From assembly GCA_938091745.1 (NCBI GenBank), contig CALLJK010000002.1, forward strand, positions 26,842-90,841: a DNA stretch of 64,000 nt. Reading direction: 5' to 3'. The stretch is from Candidatus Bipolaricaulota bacterium. GTDB taxonomy: Bacteria > Bipolaricaulota > Bipolaricaulia > RBG-16-55-9 > DRXL01. Each line of letters begins with the position of its first letter. Positions within the stretch are counted from its first letter, which is position 1. Below are positions 29,445 through 38,855 of the stretch, piece by piece. Both the position numbers and the translations under genes were made by a program. Under the pieces are notes generated by a model, which did no database searches, was not told the DNA's origin, and saw only the letters and a program-made list of their open reading frames with translations.

Positions 29445-30722
29445 ATGACCTACGAAGCGATGCTCCAGAAGCTTTATAATCTGAAGGGCACCGGGCTTGA
29501 TTTAGAACGCATTTTAGGTCTATTAGGGAACCCGCACAAAAGCTTTCGCGCGATTCGCGTCGCCGGCACCAACGGCAAGGGCTCGGTCTGCGCGTTTTTA
29601 GCGCAGATCTTGCAAGAAGCGGGCTTTCGCGTCGGGCTGTTCACCTCGCCCCATCTTGTCTATCCCGAAGAGCGCATATGCGTCAATGGGCGTGAGATCT
29701 CGCACGAGGAGTTTCACGCCCAGTTTGAGCGCATCTGGGCCGTGATCGAAGAGCTGTACGGAGACAGAAGCGAAGAGCACGCGCGGTTCTTTGAAGTGTT
29801 GACGCTCATGGCGCTCGATTACTTTCGCCAGCAAAAAGTAGACTGGGCGGTGATTGAGTGTGGTGTGGGCGCGCGCACTGACGCTACACGAGCCATTTCA
29901 GCGCCCGTCGCTGTCCTGACGAACGTAGAGCTCGACCATCGCGAATCGCTCGGGGAGACGATCGCGCAAATCGCGTATCAGAAAGCTGCTGTCGTCTCCG
30001 AGGGGGGACTGTTGATCACAGCTGAGTCCAAGCCCGAAGCGCTCGCGGAGATTGAACGCGAGTGTCGGCTGAAGAACGCGCGGCTTCTCCAAGTCGATCT
30101 CTCAAGGCTACAAGCGAAATCAAACAGTTGGGAGGGCCAACGCTTCGACTGGCGCGATTGGCGAGACTTAGAAATTTCGCTCTTAGGAAGCTACCAACTG
30201 CAGAATGCCGTCTTGGCTGTAGAAGCTATGGATGCTTTAGGCGAGCACGTTGTTCCTGAGAGCGCGATTCGCGCAGGGCTGCACACAGCGCGCTGGCCTG
30301 GTCGGATGGAGTTGCTCTGCAAAAACCCCTATGTTATGCTAGACGGGGCGAAGAACCCTGCGGGGATGCGGGCGCTGCGCACAGCGCTCTCCCCACTGGA
30401 ATACGAACGCTGTATAGTAGTCTTAGGGATATCTGATCGCAAGGACGCAGCAGCCATGATCCAAGAGATCGTGCCGGCAGCTGATAGAATAATCGTCACG
30501 CGCGCGGCGTTCCGTGGGGTCGATCCAGAATATTTAGCCTCTTTGATTCGGCCCTCTGGTGTGCCGTGTACTGTTATCTCAAGATCAGATAGAGCCATAG
30601 AATTGGCCCTCGCTCAAGCACACCACCGCGATCTCATCTGCGTGACCGGCTCGCTCTTTCTCGTGGGCGAGATCCGAGCCTGGTGGAAAGGACAGGAGCA
30701 TTCTTGTAAGAATTCTCATTGA
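29445..30722 (+). CDS. folC: Folylpolyglutamate synthase / dihydrofolate synthase
   Basis: VAGTNGKGS, FTSPHL..ERI, WPGRME, LDGAKN, TGSLFLVGE. Confidence 0.95.
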   Translation: MTYEAMLQKLYNLKGTGLDLERILGLLGNPHKSFRAIRVAGTNGKGSVCAFLAQILQEAGFRVGLFTSPHLVYPEERICVNGREISHEEFHAQFERIWAVIEELYGDRSEEHARFFEVLTLMALDYFRQQKVDWAVIECGVGARTDATRAISAPVAVLTNVELDHRESLGETIAQIAYQKAAVVSEGGLLITAESKPEALAEIERECRLKNARLLQVDLSRLQAKSNSWEGQRFDWRDWRDLEISLLGSYQLQNAVLAVEAMDALGEHVVPESAIRAGLHTARWPGRMELLCKNPYVMLDGAKNPAGMRALRTALSPLEYERCIVVLGISDRKDAAAMIQEIVPAADRIIVTRAAFRGVDPEYLASLIRPSGVPCTVISRSDRAIELALAQAHHRDLICVTGSLFLVGEIRAWWKGQEHSCKNSH

Positions 30723-31071
30723 GAACTTACAGCTCTTTGGTCATCACGGCGTGCACGAGCATGAACGCGCACACGGTCAACTCTTTGCTATTGACGCGGA
30801 GCTTGAATTCGATCTTCCCCCAAAAGACGAGCTTTCGGAGACTGTGGATTACGTTCGAGTGATCGAGCGGATTCGCGCCGTGAACGAATCGAGCTCGTTC
30901 TCTCTAATAGAGAGATTTGCCCAGGCCATCGCCGAGGAGATCTTACGAAATTTTTCTCAGGTGCAGCGCGCACGGGTGCGCGTGCGCAAGCTCCATCCGC
31001 CCTTGCCCTCGGATATCACGGTGGGGGCCGTAGCCGCGGAGGTGACCTGCGATCGCTCACGCTTATATTAG
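30706..31071 (+). CDS. folB: Dihydroneopterin aldolase (probable non-canonical GTA start)
   Basis: RILIENLQLFGHHGV..ER..GQ, TVDY, LIE, VRK.HPP. The conserved N-terminus lies upstream of the first canonical start (30751). Confidence 0.9.
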   Translation, partial: VRILIENLQLFGHHGVHEHERAHGQLFAIDAELEFDLPPKDELSETVDYVRVIERIRAVNESSSFSLIERFAQAIAEEILRNFSQVQRARVRVRKLHPPLPSDITVGAVAAEVTCDRSRLY

Positions 31072-31552
31072 CTTAGGCTCCAACGTGGGCCATCGAGAAG
31101 AGCAGATTCAAAGAGCTGTGAGTGCTCTGGCTCACACCCCCTCTATAAAGATCTGTCGGCAAGCAGGGCTCTACGAGACCGAACCCGTGGGCATAGAAGA
31201 TCAGCCATGGTTTCTCAATACCATCGTCGAGATCGAGACTGACCTGACTCCGCGCAAAGTATTAACGGTCTGCAAAGAGATTGAGCGCGCGCTCGGGCGC
31301 CAAGAGCGCCCACGCTACGGTCCGCGCGAGATCGATTTAGATATTCTCCTGTACGATCACTTAATCATAGATGATCCGGATCTGAAGATCCCTCATGCGC
31401 AGCTGCATCAGCGACGCTTCGTGCTGGTGCCGCTGGCAGAGCTTGCGCCGCACTACGTGCATCCTGTGCTCCACAAGACCATCACGGAGCTCCTCCAAGA
31501 GCTGACTGACCCCAAGGAGGTGAGGCCCTACGGTCACGGAGATTCTCATTGA
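31052..31552 (+). CDS. folK: 2-amino-4-hydroxy-6-hydroxymethyldihydropteridine diphosphokinase (probable ATC start)
   Basis: AYISLGSN lies upstream of GTG 31085; YETEP, FLN, GPREIDLDIL, PH..RRFVLVPL. Confidence 0.93.
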   Translation: MAHAYISLGSNVGHREEQIQRAVSALAHTPSIKICRQAGLYETEPVGIEDQPWFLNTIVEIETDLTPRKVLTVCKEIERALGRQERPRYGPREIDLDILLYDHLIIDDPDLKIPHAQLHQRRFVLVPLAELAPHYVHPVLHKTITELLQELTDPKEVRPYGHGDSH

Positions 31553-32744
31553 GACAGTCGCCCCAGCGACGCGCATCGCGCTCCTCGAAGACGGACGTCT
31601 TATGGAGATCCACTATGACAACCCGGAGCGCATCTTGGGCAATATCTATAAGGGGATCGTGCGCGACATCTTGCCGGGGATCAATTCAGCATTTGTCGAC
31701 GTAGGACTCGATGAAAAACTTTTCCTTTCCATGAAAGAGCTCAGCGATACCCTATGGAAGGAGCATCGTGGTCGGAAGGGGCAGAACCCGCAGATCCAAA
31801 AATTACTCAAGAGTGGCCAACAGATCATTTTGCAGGTGAAGCGCGAGGGTATTGGCACAAAGAATCCCCAAGGGACGATGAAGATTAGCCTTCCTGGACG
31901 CTACTGGGTCTTTTTGCCTGTGGATGAGCGCTTGGGGGTCTCACGACGTATCACCGATGAGCATGAGAGCCGACGTCTCAAAAGAATTGCCAAGAAGCTC
32001 AAGCGCGAAGGAGAGGGACTGATTGCGCGTACTGCCGCTGCTGGCGCTTCTGAAGAAGACCTCGAACGAGACTTCAATTATCTTTTAGGGACATGGAAAG
32101 GGATCGAAGAGCAAGCACAGCGCGTGAAGGCCCCAGCGTTGCTCTATCGTGGGCCGGATCTTGTGCGCGCCTTCTTGCGCGATCGGTTAATAGAAGACGT
32201 CAAGCGCGTGGTAGTCGACAGCGAGCGCGTCTATCAAGAGATCAAAGATTTTCTCTCGTACATGCACATGGAAGAGTTCTTGGATCGCATCGAGCTGTAT
32301 CGTGGGAAGCGGCCGCTCTTTGAGGCCCGCGGGGTGGAGAAGCAATTGCGAGAGAGTTTGCAGTCGCGGGTGCGTCTGCCCGGCGGCGGTTCTCTCGTGA
32401 TCGCTGAGACAGAAGCGCTCACGGCCATTGACGTGAACACCGGCAGCGATATCAAGCACAAGGACCAAGAGCAAGCGATTTTGAACACAAACTTAGAAGC
32501 TGCCGTAGAAATCCCACGACAGTTACGATTGCGCAAGCTCAGCGGGATTATTATTGCTGATTTTGTGGACATGAAGCGCCACGATCACGTCGAGAAGGTG
32601 ATTCGGAAGCTCCAAGAAGAGCTGAAGAAGGACCGGGTACCTGCGGACTTTGTGGACATCACGAAGTTAGGGTTGGTGGAGATCACGCGCAAGCGCGAGG
32701 GGGAGAGTTTGCTAGGCATGCTGGAGGAGGAAGAGGAGACTTGA
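31530..32744 (+). CDS. rng: Ribonuclease E/G family protein (probable ACG start)
   Basis: EILIE...TRIALLEDGRL lies upstream of ATG 31602; GNIYKG, AFVDVG, IDVNTG, RQLRLRKLSGIIIADFVDM, GLVEITRKR. Confidence 0.9.
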   Translation, partial: TVTEILIETVAPATRIALLEDGRLMEIHYDNPERILGNIYKGIVRDILPGINSAFVDVGLDEKLFLSMKELSDTLWKEHRGRKGQNPQIQKLLKSGQQIILQVKREGIGTKNPQGTMKISLPGRYWVFLPVDERLGVSRRITDEHESRRLKRIAKKLKREGEGLIARTAAAGASEEDLERDFNYLLGTWKGIEEQAQRVKAPALLYRGPDLVRAFLRDRLIEDVKRVVVDSERVYQEIKDFLSYMHMEEFLDRIELYRGKRPLFEARGVEKQLRESLQSRVRLPGGGSLVIAETEALTAIDVNTGSDIKHKDQEQAILNTNLEAAVEIPRQLRLRKLSGIIIADFVDMKRHDHVEKVIRKLQEELKKDRVPADFVDITKLGLVEITRKREGESLLGMLEEEEET

Positions 32745-32779
32745 AAGTGTCTGTAAAACGCGCTAATATGTCTTCTCGT

Positions 32780-32854
32780 GGGCGCATAGCTCAGCGGGAG
32801 AGCGCCTGCTTCACACGCAGGAGGTCCGAGGTTCAAGTCCTCGTGCGCCCACCA
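32780..32854 (+). tRNA. tRNA-Val (anticodon CAC)
   Basis: Acceptor stem GGGCGCA/TGCGCCC, anticodon arm CCTGC-TTCACAC-GCAGG, T-loop GTTCAAG, encoded CCA. Confidence 0.96.
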
Positions 32855-34440
32855 TACGCGTGCTCCTGTGCCGTGCCCGCTGGCAAAAAGAGCGTCACAA
32901 TCAGGGCTAAGATCGCAACAATCAGCCCCACGATGAAAACCCAATGCAACGCTGTCGCTAAGATCTGTTGGAGCACGTCTAAAACAGATGCTGGGAGCTG
33001 CGCCCGTGCCACCGGATTGATCAGCGCGTCGGGGTGACGCAAGAGATCTGTGAGCTGCTCTGCGGAAAGTGAGCTGCCCAGCCCTGAGAGATTACTCGCT
33101 TGGACTTGCATCTGGGCGCTCAACACTGCGCCCATGACCGCTACTCCGACCGCCCCGCCAATCGAGCGAAAGAAGACCGTTCCCGACGTTGCTATCCCTA
33201 ATTGATCGCGAGATACCGAAGTTTGCACAGCAATCAAGAGCGTGACCATCGAAAACCCCATCCCCGCGCCAGCAAGGGCTAAATAGCCCATCACCATGAG
33301 TCGACTGGCTTCAGCGGTCAGAGTCGCCAGCCCAAGAAAGCCCGCAACAAGCAGGCCCACCCCCAGCAGCGCCGTGGGACGGTAGCCAATCTTTAAGATC
33401 ATGCGGCTCCCGACAATAGAAAACCCGACCCAGCAGAGCATAAAAGGTGTGAGCGCCGTACCCGCTTCAGTCGCCGTCGTGCCGATCACCCCTTGCACAA
33501 AGAGCGGGATGAACGAGAGCGACCCAAACATCGCCATGCCGACAAAGAAGCCGTTGGCCGAAGAGACGCTAAAAATTCTGTGTCGAAAGAGCGAGAGCGG
33601 CACAATGGGCTCCTCCGCACGACGCTCAAAAACCAGAAAGAGCGCGAGCAAGAAAGCGCAAACACCCAAAAGCCCCAGCTTCAAGGCCCAGCTCCACCCC
33701 TGCTGCCCTAGAGTCAGCAGCAAGAGAGTCGCCAGAGCCGTGAGCGTGATGGCTCCCGCGTAATCTATAGTGACTTTCTTGCGATGATCGCGCGGCTCGA
33801 CGAGTGCCAGCCCGACCAGAAGAGCCGCTGCAATCCCGAACGGGATATTGATATAAAAAACCCAGCGCCACGAGAGATTGTCTGTGATAAAGCCCCCAAT
33901 GAGCGGGCCGATGATGCTCGCCAGCCCCCAGACGCCGCTGAAGAGCCCTTGCATCCGTGCGCGCTTTTCGAGCGAATAAATCTCTCCGATTATCGTCATG
34001 CCCAAGGGCAGGAGTGCCCCAGCGCCCAAGCCTTGAATCGCTCGGAAGAGCACAAGCTGGCTCATCGAAGCCGCCGCCCCAGAAAGCGCCGATCCAATGA
34101 GAAAGATCGCGATGCCCAATAGTATAAAACGCTTGCGCCCGTAGAGGTCTGACAGCCGCCCCCACAACGGCACAGTCACCGTCGACGTCAGAATATACGC
34201 CGAGAAGACCCAGCTGTAGATGTGCAGCCCTCCTAGGCTGGCGATCACCGTGGGCATGGCTGTCCCGACGACCGTTGCTTCCAAAGCGCCGAGAAAGAGC
34301 CCAAGCATGACACCGAGCGTGACGGTCATACGCTGGGAAGGCGTCAGCGGCACCGGCTCAGTGACGGTGATCTTGGCTGGCTCTGGGAGAGTCTGTGCTC
34401 CTGAAGAAACAGCTTCACTTGGTGATTCAGGCTTGCTCAT
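32833..34440 (-). CDS. MFS drug:H+ antiporter (DHA2, EmrB/QacA-like)
   Basis: WGRLSDLYGRK, RAIQGLGAG, GPLIGG..WRWVFYINIP; many TM segments. Confidence 0.92.
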   Translation of the reverse strand: MSKPESPSEAVSSGAQTLPEPAKITVTEPVPLTPSQRMTVTLGVMLGLFLGALEATVVGTAMPTVIASLGGLHIYSWVFSAYILTSTVTVPLWGRLSDLYGRKRFILLGIAIFLIGSALSGAAASMSQLVLFRAIQGLGAGALLPLGMTIIGEIYSLEKRARMQGLFSGVWGLASIIGPLIGGFITDNLSWRWVFYINIPFGIAAALLVGLALVEPRDHRKKVTIDYAGAITLTALATLLLLTLGQQGWSWALKLGLLGVCAFLLALFLVFERRAEEPIVPLSLFRHRIFSVSSANGFFVGMAMFGSLSFIPLFVQGVIGTTATEAGTALTPFMLCWVGFSIVGSRMILKIGYRPTALLGVGLLVAGFLGLATLTAEASRLMVMGYLALAGAGMGFSMVTLLIAVQTSVSRDQLGIATSGTVFFRSIGGAVGVAVMGAVLSAQMQVQASNLSGLGSSLSAEQLTDLLRHPDALINPVARAQLPASVLDVLQQILATALHWVFIVGLIVAILALIVTLFLPAGTAQEHAYGGRTRT

Positions 34441-34475
34441 AAGGAGAGCAAGTATAGCGCAAATCAATAGAACGC

Positions 34476-35357
34476 TCAAGCCCTCGCGCGATTGATTGCT
34501 TCTCTGAGGGCTATCGCGGCCTCGCGGGCAGCTTGTGCAAAGTCTTCGCCGTGGGAGGCAAAAATCACACTCCGTGAAACGTTTATGATCGCGAGTTCTT
34601 TGTAAGAATTCACGCTGTTCTTGATGGCTTGGGCGAGATCGCCTGCTTGCGCACCCACGCCCGGCACTAAGATAGGCATCTCGTCGCCCACGATCCGACG
34701 AACGATTGCTAATTCATCCGGGGCTGTCGCTCCGACGACGACTCCCACGTTCTTGCGCGTGTTCCATTCGCGGGCTTTCTCGGCCACGTACTGGTAGAGA
34801 GGCTTGCCTTCCTCACCCTCACCCCTCGAGCCCCCTCTCCCCTCCGAGGGAGAGGGGAAGGGGTGAGGGGGCAAGCAGTTGAGTTCTTGGAAATCTCGTG
34901 CTCCGGGATTGGAGGTGCGCACCAGAAGAAACGCGCACTTGTCTGAGTACTCTAAAAACGGTGCGACGGAGTCGAAGCCCATCAAGGGATTGACCGTCGC
35001 GGCGTCGAAGCGATAATACTCAAAGAGCGCTTTAGCATAAGCCCGCGCCGTATTTTCGATATCTCCGCGCTTGGCGTCCCCAATGACGGGGATCTCTGTG
35101 GGGATCAGCTCACGCGTTTTATAGAGAATCTCTAGCCCCACCGGGCCGAGCATCTCATAGAATGCGAGATTGGGTTTATACGCGCAGACGAGATCGCTCG
35201 TCGCTTCGATGATCGCCTTGTTAAACTCTAAAACAGCGTGAGCGCCGTGGCGCTCTCGCAGGAACGCTGGAATTTTTGAAAGCTCTGAATCAAGCCCGAT
35301 GCAAAGCCAACTGTTATTCCGGTGCGCAATCGCACACAGCTTGTCAAGAAAGCCCAT
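34476..35357 (-). CDS. pyrF: Orotidine-5'-phosphate decarboxylase with an in-frame repeat insertion
   Basis: LCIGLD, YKPNLAFY, DAKRGDI, RTSNPG, GVVVGAT, LVPGVGAQ, NVSRS. Confidence 0.95.
   Translation of the reverse strand: MGFLDKLCAIAHRNNSWLCIGLDSELSKIPAFLRERHGAHAVLEFNKAIIEATSDLVCAYKPNLAFYEMLGPVGLEILYKTRELIPTEIPVIGDAKRGDIENTARAYAKALFEYYRFDAATVNPLMGFDSVAPFLEYSDKCAFLLVRTSNPGARDFQELNCLPPHPFPSPSEGRGGSRGEGEEGKPLYQYVAEKAREWNTRKNVGVVVGATAPDELAIVRRIVGDEMPILVPGVGAQAGDLAQAIKNSVNSYKELAIINVSRSVIFASHGEDFAQAAREAAIALREAINRARA
34808..34875. repeat. Palindromic element in frame inside pyrF
   Basis: 34839-34875 is identical over 37 nt to intergenic 63350-63386; encodes LPPHPFPSPSEGRGGSRGEGE. Confidence 0.9.
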
Positions 35358-35365
35358 CAGGCGAT

Positions 35366-35402
35366 AGTATAACTTGTCACTGGGAACTTTTCACTTTAAA
35401 CT
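35366..35402. promoter_or_regulatory. Back-to-back promoters of pyrF (minus) and trkA (plus), both near-leaderless
   Basis: Plus: TTGTCA-17-TAAACT-7 nt-ATG. Minus: TATACT-8 nt-ATG. Confidence 0.65.
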
Positions 35403-35409
35403 GTTTTGT

Positions 35410-36720
35410 ATGCGTGTCGTTATTGTTGGGGCGGGAGAGGTGGGCCGGAGCATCGCTGCAGCGCTCCAGACCGATCACGACGTCGTCGTCATCGAGAAAG
35501 ACCCGGATCGGCTTCAGCTTCTCCAAGAGCTTGATGTGCTTGGGGTGCTGGGTAACGGCGCAAGCTTGAAGACCCTCAAAGACGCCGGAGCTGAGAGAGC
35601 TGACTTAGCCATCGCCAGCACCGATATCGACGAAGTGAACATCGTCGCGTGTGCTGCTGCAAAACAACTCGGCGCCCAGATCACGGTCGCTCGCGTGCAA
35701 GATGCCGAATATCTCCAGACATGGAAGCGCGGCTACTTAGGGGTCGACGAGATGGTCTGCAGCGAGTTAATTACTTCCCAAGCGATTGCTGACGTGATCG
35801 GGTTGCGCGGGGTTCGCGCTTCAGACGAGTTTGCTGACGGCAAGATCTTGATGACTGAGACCGTCGTCGAAGAGAACTCTCCTTTGCTGGGGTTGCGCCT
35901 GCGCGAGGCAGCTATCCCCGCCGACTGCAACGTTGCGAGCATTATCCGCGAGAACGCTGTGATCATCCCCCGCGGCGAAGATCAAATCCTCGCTCATGAC
36001 CGGCTCGTGCTCATCGGGACCCCAGAAGCTGTTCACGAATTTAACCGACGACTGAGTCTCTATCCCGCCGTCAAAGAGATCTTGATCGTAGGAGGAGGGC
36101 GGATTGGCTTTCGCCTCGCGCAAATCTTGCAGGCTCGCGGGCTCAAACCCAAGCTCATCGAGCCCGATGAGGAACGCAGCCGCTGGCTTGCTGAGAATCT
36201 ACCTAATACTTTGGTCTTCCACGGCGACGGCACAGATATAGAGCTCTTAGAGCGCGAAGGGCTCTCTCGCTGCGACGTCGCCGTCAGCGTCATCGGGGCA
36301 GATGAGCGCAATTTGCTTTGCGGGCTCTTGCTCAAGCGCATGGGTGTTCCACAAGTTATCGTGCGCGTCGAAGACCCCAACTTTATTACGATCTTTGAGC
36401 GTGTGGGCATTGATATTGCGATCAATCCCCGGCGGCTGATCGCAGAGGAGATCATCTCATTCACGCGCGGACGCATCGAGAAATCGCTCTCACTAGAGCA
36501 AGACCGCGCTGAGGTACTCGAGATCAAGGTCTCCCCTGAGAGCCCCTTCATTGGGATTCCGTTGGCACAAGCGCAGATACCAGCAGGGGTACTGATCGGC
36601 GCGATTGTGCGCGGCGAGAGCGTCATCATCCCGCGCGGGACGGATGTTCTTCAGCCAGGGGATCACGCCATCGTCTTCAGTACGAAAGCAGCCGCACAAC
36701 AAATCGAGAAGCTCCTATGA
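35410..36720 (+). CDS. trkA: Trk system potassium uptake NAD-binding protein
   Basis: Two RCK-N domains (GAGEVG, GGGRIG), each followed by an RCK-C domain (IIPRG). Confidence 0.94.
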   Translation: MRVVIVGAGEVGRSIAAALQTDHDVVVIEKDPDRLQLLQELDVLGVLGNGASLKTLKDAGAERADLAIASTDIDEVNIVACAAAKQLGAQITVARVQDAEYLQTWKRGYLGVDEMVCSELITSQAIADVIGLRGVRASDEFADGKILMTETVVEENSPLLGLRLREAAIPADCNVASIIRENAVIIPRGEDQILAHDRLVLIGTPEAVHEFNRRLSLYPAVKEILIVGGGRIGFRLAQILQARGLKPKLIEPDEERSRWLAENLPNTLVFHGDGTDIELLEREGLSRCDVAVSVIGADERNLLCGLLLKRMGVPQVIVRVEDPNFITIFERVGIDIAINPRRLIAEEIISFTRGRIEKSLSLEQDRAEVLEIKVSPESPFIGIPLAQAQIPAGVLIGAIVRGESVIIPRGTDVLQPGDHAIVFSTKAAAQQIEKLL

Positions 36721-38183
36721 TGCGACGCTGGGATCTCTCTGTAGACGTGCGGGCAGCGCTCCATCTGGTGGGTGTGTTGGTCAAATGGTTCAGCATTGCG
36801 TTTGCGCTGCCCTTGATCTATGCGATCTTTGCTCGTGAGATCTGGTGGCCTTACGCCCTAACGGGGGCTCTTGCTGGACTGGGAGGGTGGGCCATGGAAC
36901 GCGCGGCGTTCACAGAGAGAGATATCCGACCGCGCGAGGGTTTTTTTGTTGTCGCGTTGGCATGGGCGGTCGTCGCCTTTTTGGGAGCAATGCCCTTTGC
37001 GCTCATGGGGGCCTTGCGTCCTATAGATGCCTACTTTGAGGCGATGAGCGGCTTCACGACCACGGGCGCAACAGTGATCGCCCACGTCGAGGGGCTGCCC
37101 AAGGCGCTGCTCTTATGGCGAGCGTTTACGCAATGGCTCGGCGGAATGGGAATAATCGTCTTGGCCGTGGCGCTCTTGCCCAAGTTGGGAGTCGGCGGCT
37201 CGCAACTCATGGACGCTGAGGCCCCAGGGCCAACTCTCGAGAGACTGACACCCCGCATTCGGGAGACAGCTCGACTGTTGTGGGGGATCTACGTCGGCTT
37301 GACGGCTTTCGATGTGATCTTACTCGTCTTTGTGGGAAGGCTGAGCTGGTTCGATGCGGTCGCTCATGCGTTCACCACGCTGTCTACCGGAGGGTTCTCA
37401 ACGAAAGATTCCGGATTCACTGTGTTTTCTGGAGCAGCTCAATGGATCACTGTTCTGTTCATGGCGATAGGGGGGCTCAACTTTGCTCTGCTCTATCGGG
37501 TGGTAGCGCGGCGGCAGTGGCATTCTCTTATTACTGATACAGAAGCACGCTTTTATGGGGCGCTCTTAGGAGGGGCAACGCTTGCCTTGTGGATGAGCGT
37601 CGATGGGGGGGTTGAGGGCCTACGTCATAGCGCCTTCCAAGCGGTGAGCATCATGACGACCACAGGATATGCCAGCGCTGACTTTGAGCGCTGGGCTCCA
37701 ACAGCGAAGATGATCTTGTTAGTCTTAATGTTTCTGGGAGGGTGCGCAGGGAGCACAGCCGGCTCGATCAAAGTGATTCGGACGTGGCTGGTCTTTCGGT
37801 TTATCGTGCGGGAGACGCGTAACGTCATCCATCCGCAGGCAGTGCTGCCCATTCGGGTAAGCGGGCGCGTTGTGAGCGAATCTATCGTGCGAGCTGTAGC
37901 GATCTTCGCTATTCTCTATGTGACGATCTTTGCAGTGAGTAGTATGCTCTTGCTCTGGGACGCAGCTCGAGTAGGGTTGAATATGAACATGGTTGAGGCC
38001 GCAAGCGCTGCGGCTGCCACGTTGGGGAACGTCGGCCCAGGCTTTGGCCTAGTTGGGCCAATGAGCACGTATGCGCAGCTTCCTGGGACGTCGAAAATCT
38101 TATTGGTCTTTCTGATGTGGGCAGGGCGCTTGGAGCTCTTCCCCGTGCTGGTGCTGTTTGTGCGCAGCTATTGGAAAGGATAA
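36717..38183 (+). CDS. trkH: Trk system potassium uptake membrane protein
   Basis: FEAMSGFTTTG, QWLGGMG, STGGF, TTTGY, GGCAGST, NVGPG, GRLE. Confidence 0.95.
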   Translation: MMRRWDLSVDVRAALHLVGVLVKWFSIAFALPLIYAIFAREIWWPYALTGALAGLGGWAMERAAFTERDIRPREGFFVVALAWAVVAFLGAMPFALMGALRPIDAYFEAMSGFTTTGATVIAHVEGLPKALLLWRAFTQWLGGMGIIVLAVALLPKLGVGGSQLMDAEAPGPTLERLTPRIRETARLLWGIYVGLTAFDVILLVFVGRLSWFDAVAHAFTTLSTGGFSTKDSGFTVFSGAAQWITVLFMAIGGLNFALLYRVVARRQWHSLITDTEARFYGALLGGATLALWMSVDGGVEGLRHSAFQAVSIMTTTGYASADFERWAPTAKMILLVLMFLGGCAGSTAGSIKVIRTWLVFRFIVRETRNVIHPQAVLPIRVSGRVVSESIVRAVAIFAILYVTIFAVSSMLLLWDAARVGLNMNMVEAASAAAATLGNVGPGFGLVGPMSTYAQLPGTSKILLVFLMWAGRLELFPVLVLFVRSYWKG

Positions 38184-38184
38184 G

Positions 38185-38790
38185 ATGCGCGCGTTCATCG
38201 TCTTAGGGCATCGGGTGCCGCTGACGCCCAACTTCACGCTCAACGATCTTCCTGGTAGCGCCGGACGATTAGATATTCTTTGTCGCTGCGTGACAGCAGC
38301 GTTCTGTCTGTCTCACGGGATTCGCCGCGACGTCATAGTCTATTTGGTCTTGCAGAACCAGATCATCGTGCGATTGGAGGGCAGTCAGCTTAGGCACTTA
38401 AACCCCGATGAGCGCTCCACCGCGGCTCTGCTGCAAAGAGCTCTCAAAGCTTTTGCCGACAGCACCCACAAAGATCGGGAACTCGAGAGCTCGCCGGGAA
38501 TCTTTATCGCGCCGGGAGGGTTATCTGATGCGCTTAAGAGTGTACAGGGCTTAGGGTTAAGAGTCTATTGGCTCTATGAGCAGGGCTCGCCCATCCGCCA
38601 CGCCCAGCTCCACAAAGACGGAGCGTTCGTCTTGAGCGATCACCTCGAATTTCTCCCAGAAGAAGCAGCGCTCTTGGAGGGATTTCCCAAGCTGAGCTTA
38701 GGGCCGCTCTCACTCCACGCCGATCACTGTATTGTGATCGTGCACAATGAGCTCGATGTGCGATTTGCATTTCCTCCGGCCTCTCAATAA
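38185..38790 (+). CDS. trmY: tRNA (pseudouridine54-N1)-methyltransferase TrmY-like SPOUT methyltransferase
   Basis: LNDLPGSAGRLDILCRC, SHGIRRDV, PDERS, FVLSDH, SLGP..LHADHCI..VHNELD. Confidence 0.88.
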   Translation: MRAFIVLGHRVPLTPNFTLNDLPGSAGRLDILCRCVTAAFCLSHGIRRDVIVYLVLQNQIIVRLEGSQLRHLNPDERSTAALLQRALKAFADSTHKDRELESSPGIFIAPGGLSDALKSVQGLGLRVYWLYEQGSPIRHAQLHKDGAFVLSDHLEFLPEEAALLEGFPKLSLGPLSLHADHCIVIVHNELDVRFAFPPASQ

Positions 38791-38855
38791 GATACAAAAA
38801 TAGAGAGTTGTCCTGCCCTACCTTGAGGGGTAGTACATACAAAGGAGATGGTCTT

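Noticed and set aside
30704-30709. TTG-TAA start-stop mini-ORF after the folB SD
   Set aside because: Out of frame with folB and could be chance; it cannot be supported as regulatory from sequence alone.
30706-32744. folB, folK and rng as 5'-truncated pseudogenes
   Set aside because: Frames and conserved motifs are intact, and each has a well-placed SD.
32780-34440. Genomic island integrated at tRNA-Val
   Set aside because: No integrase or duplicated att site was noticed, and the flanking genes are housekeeping.
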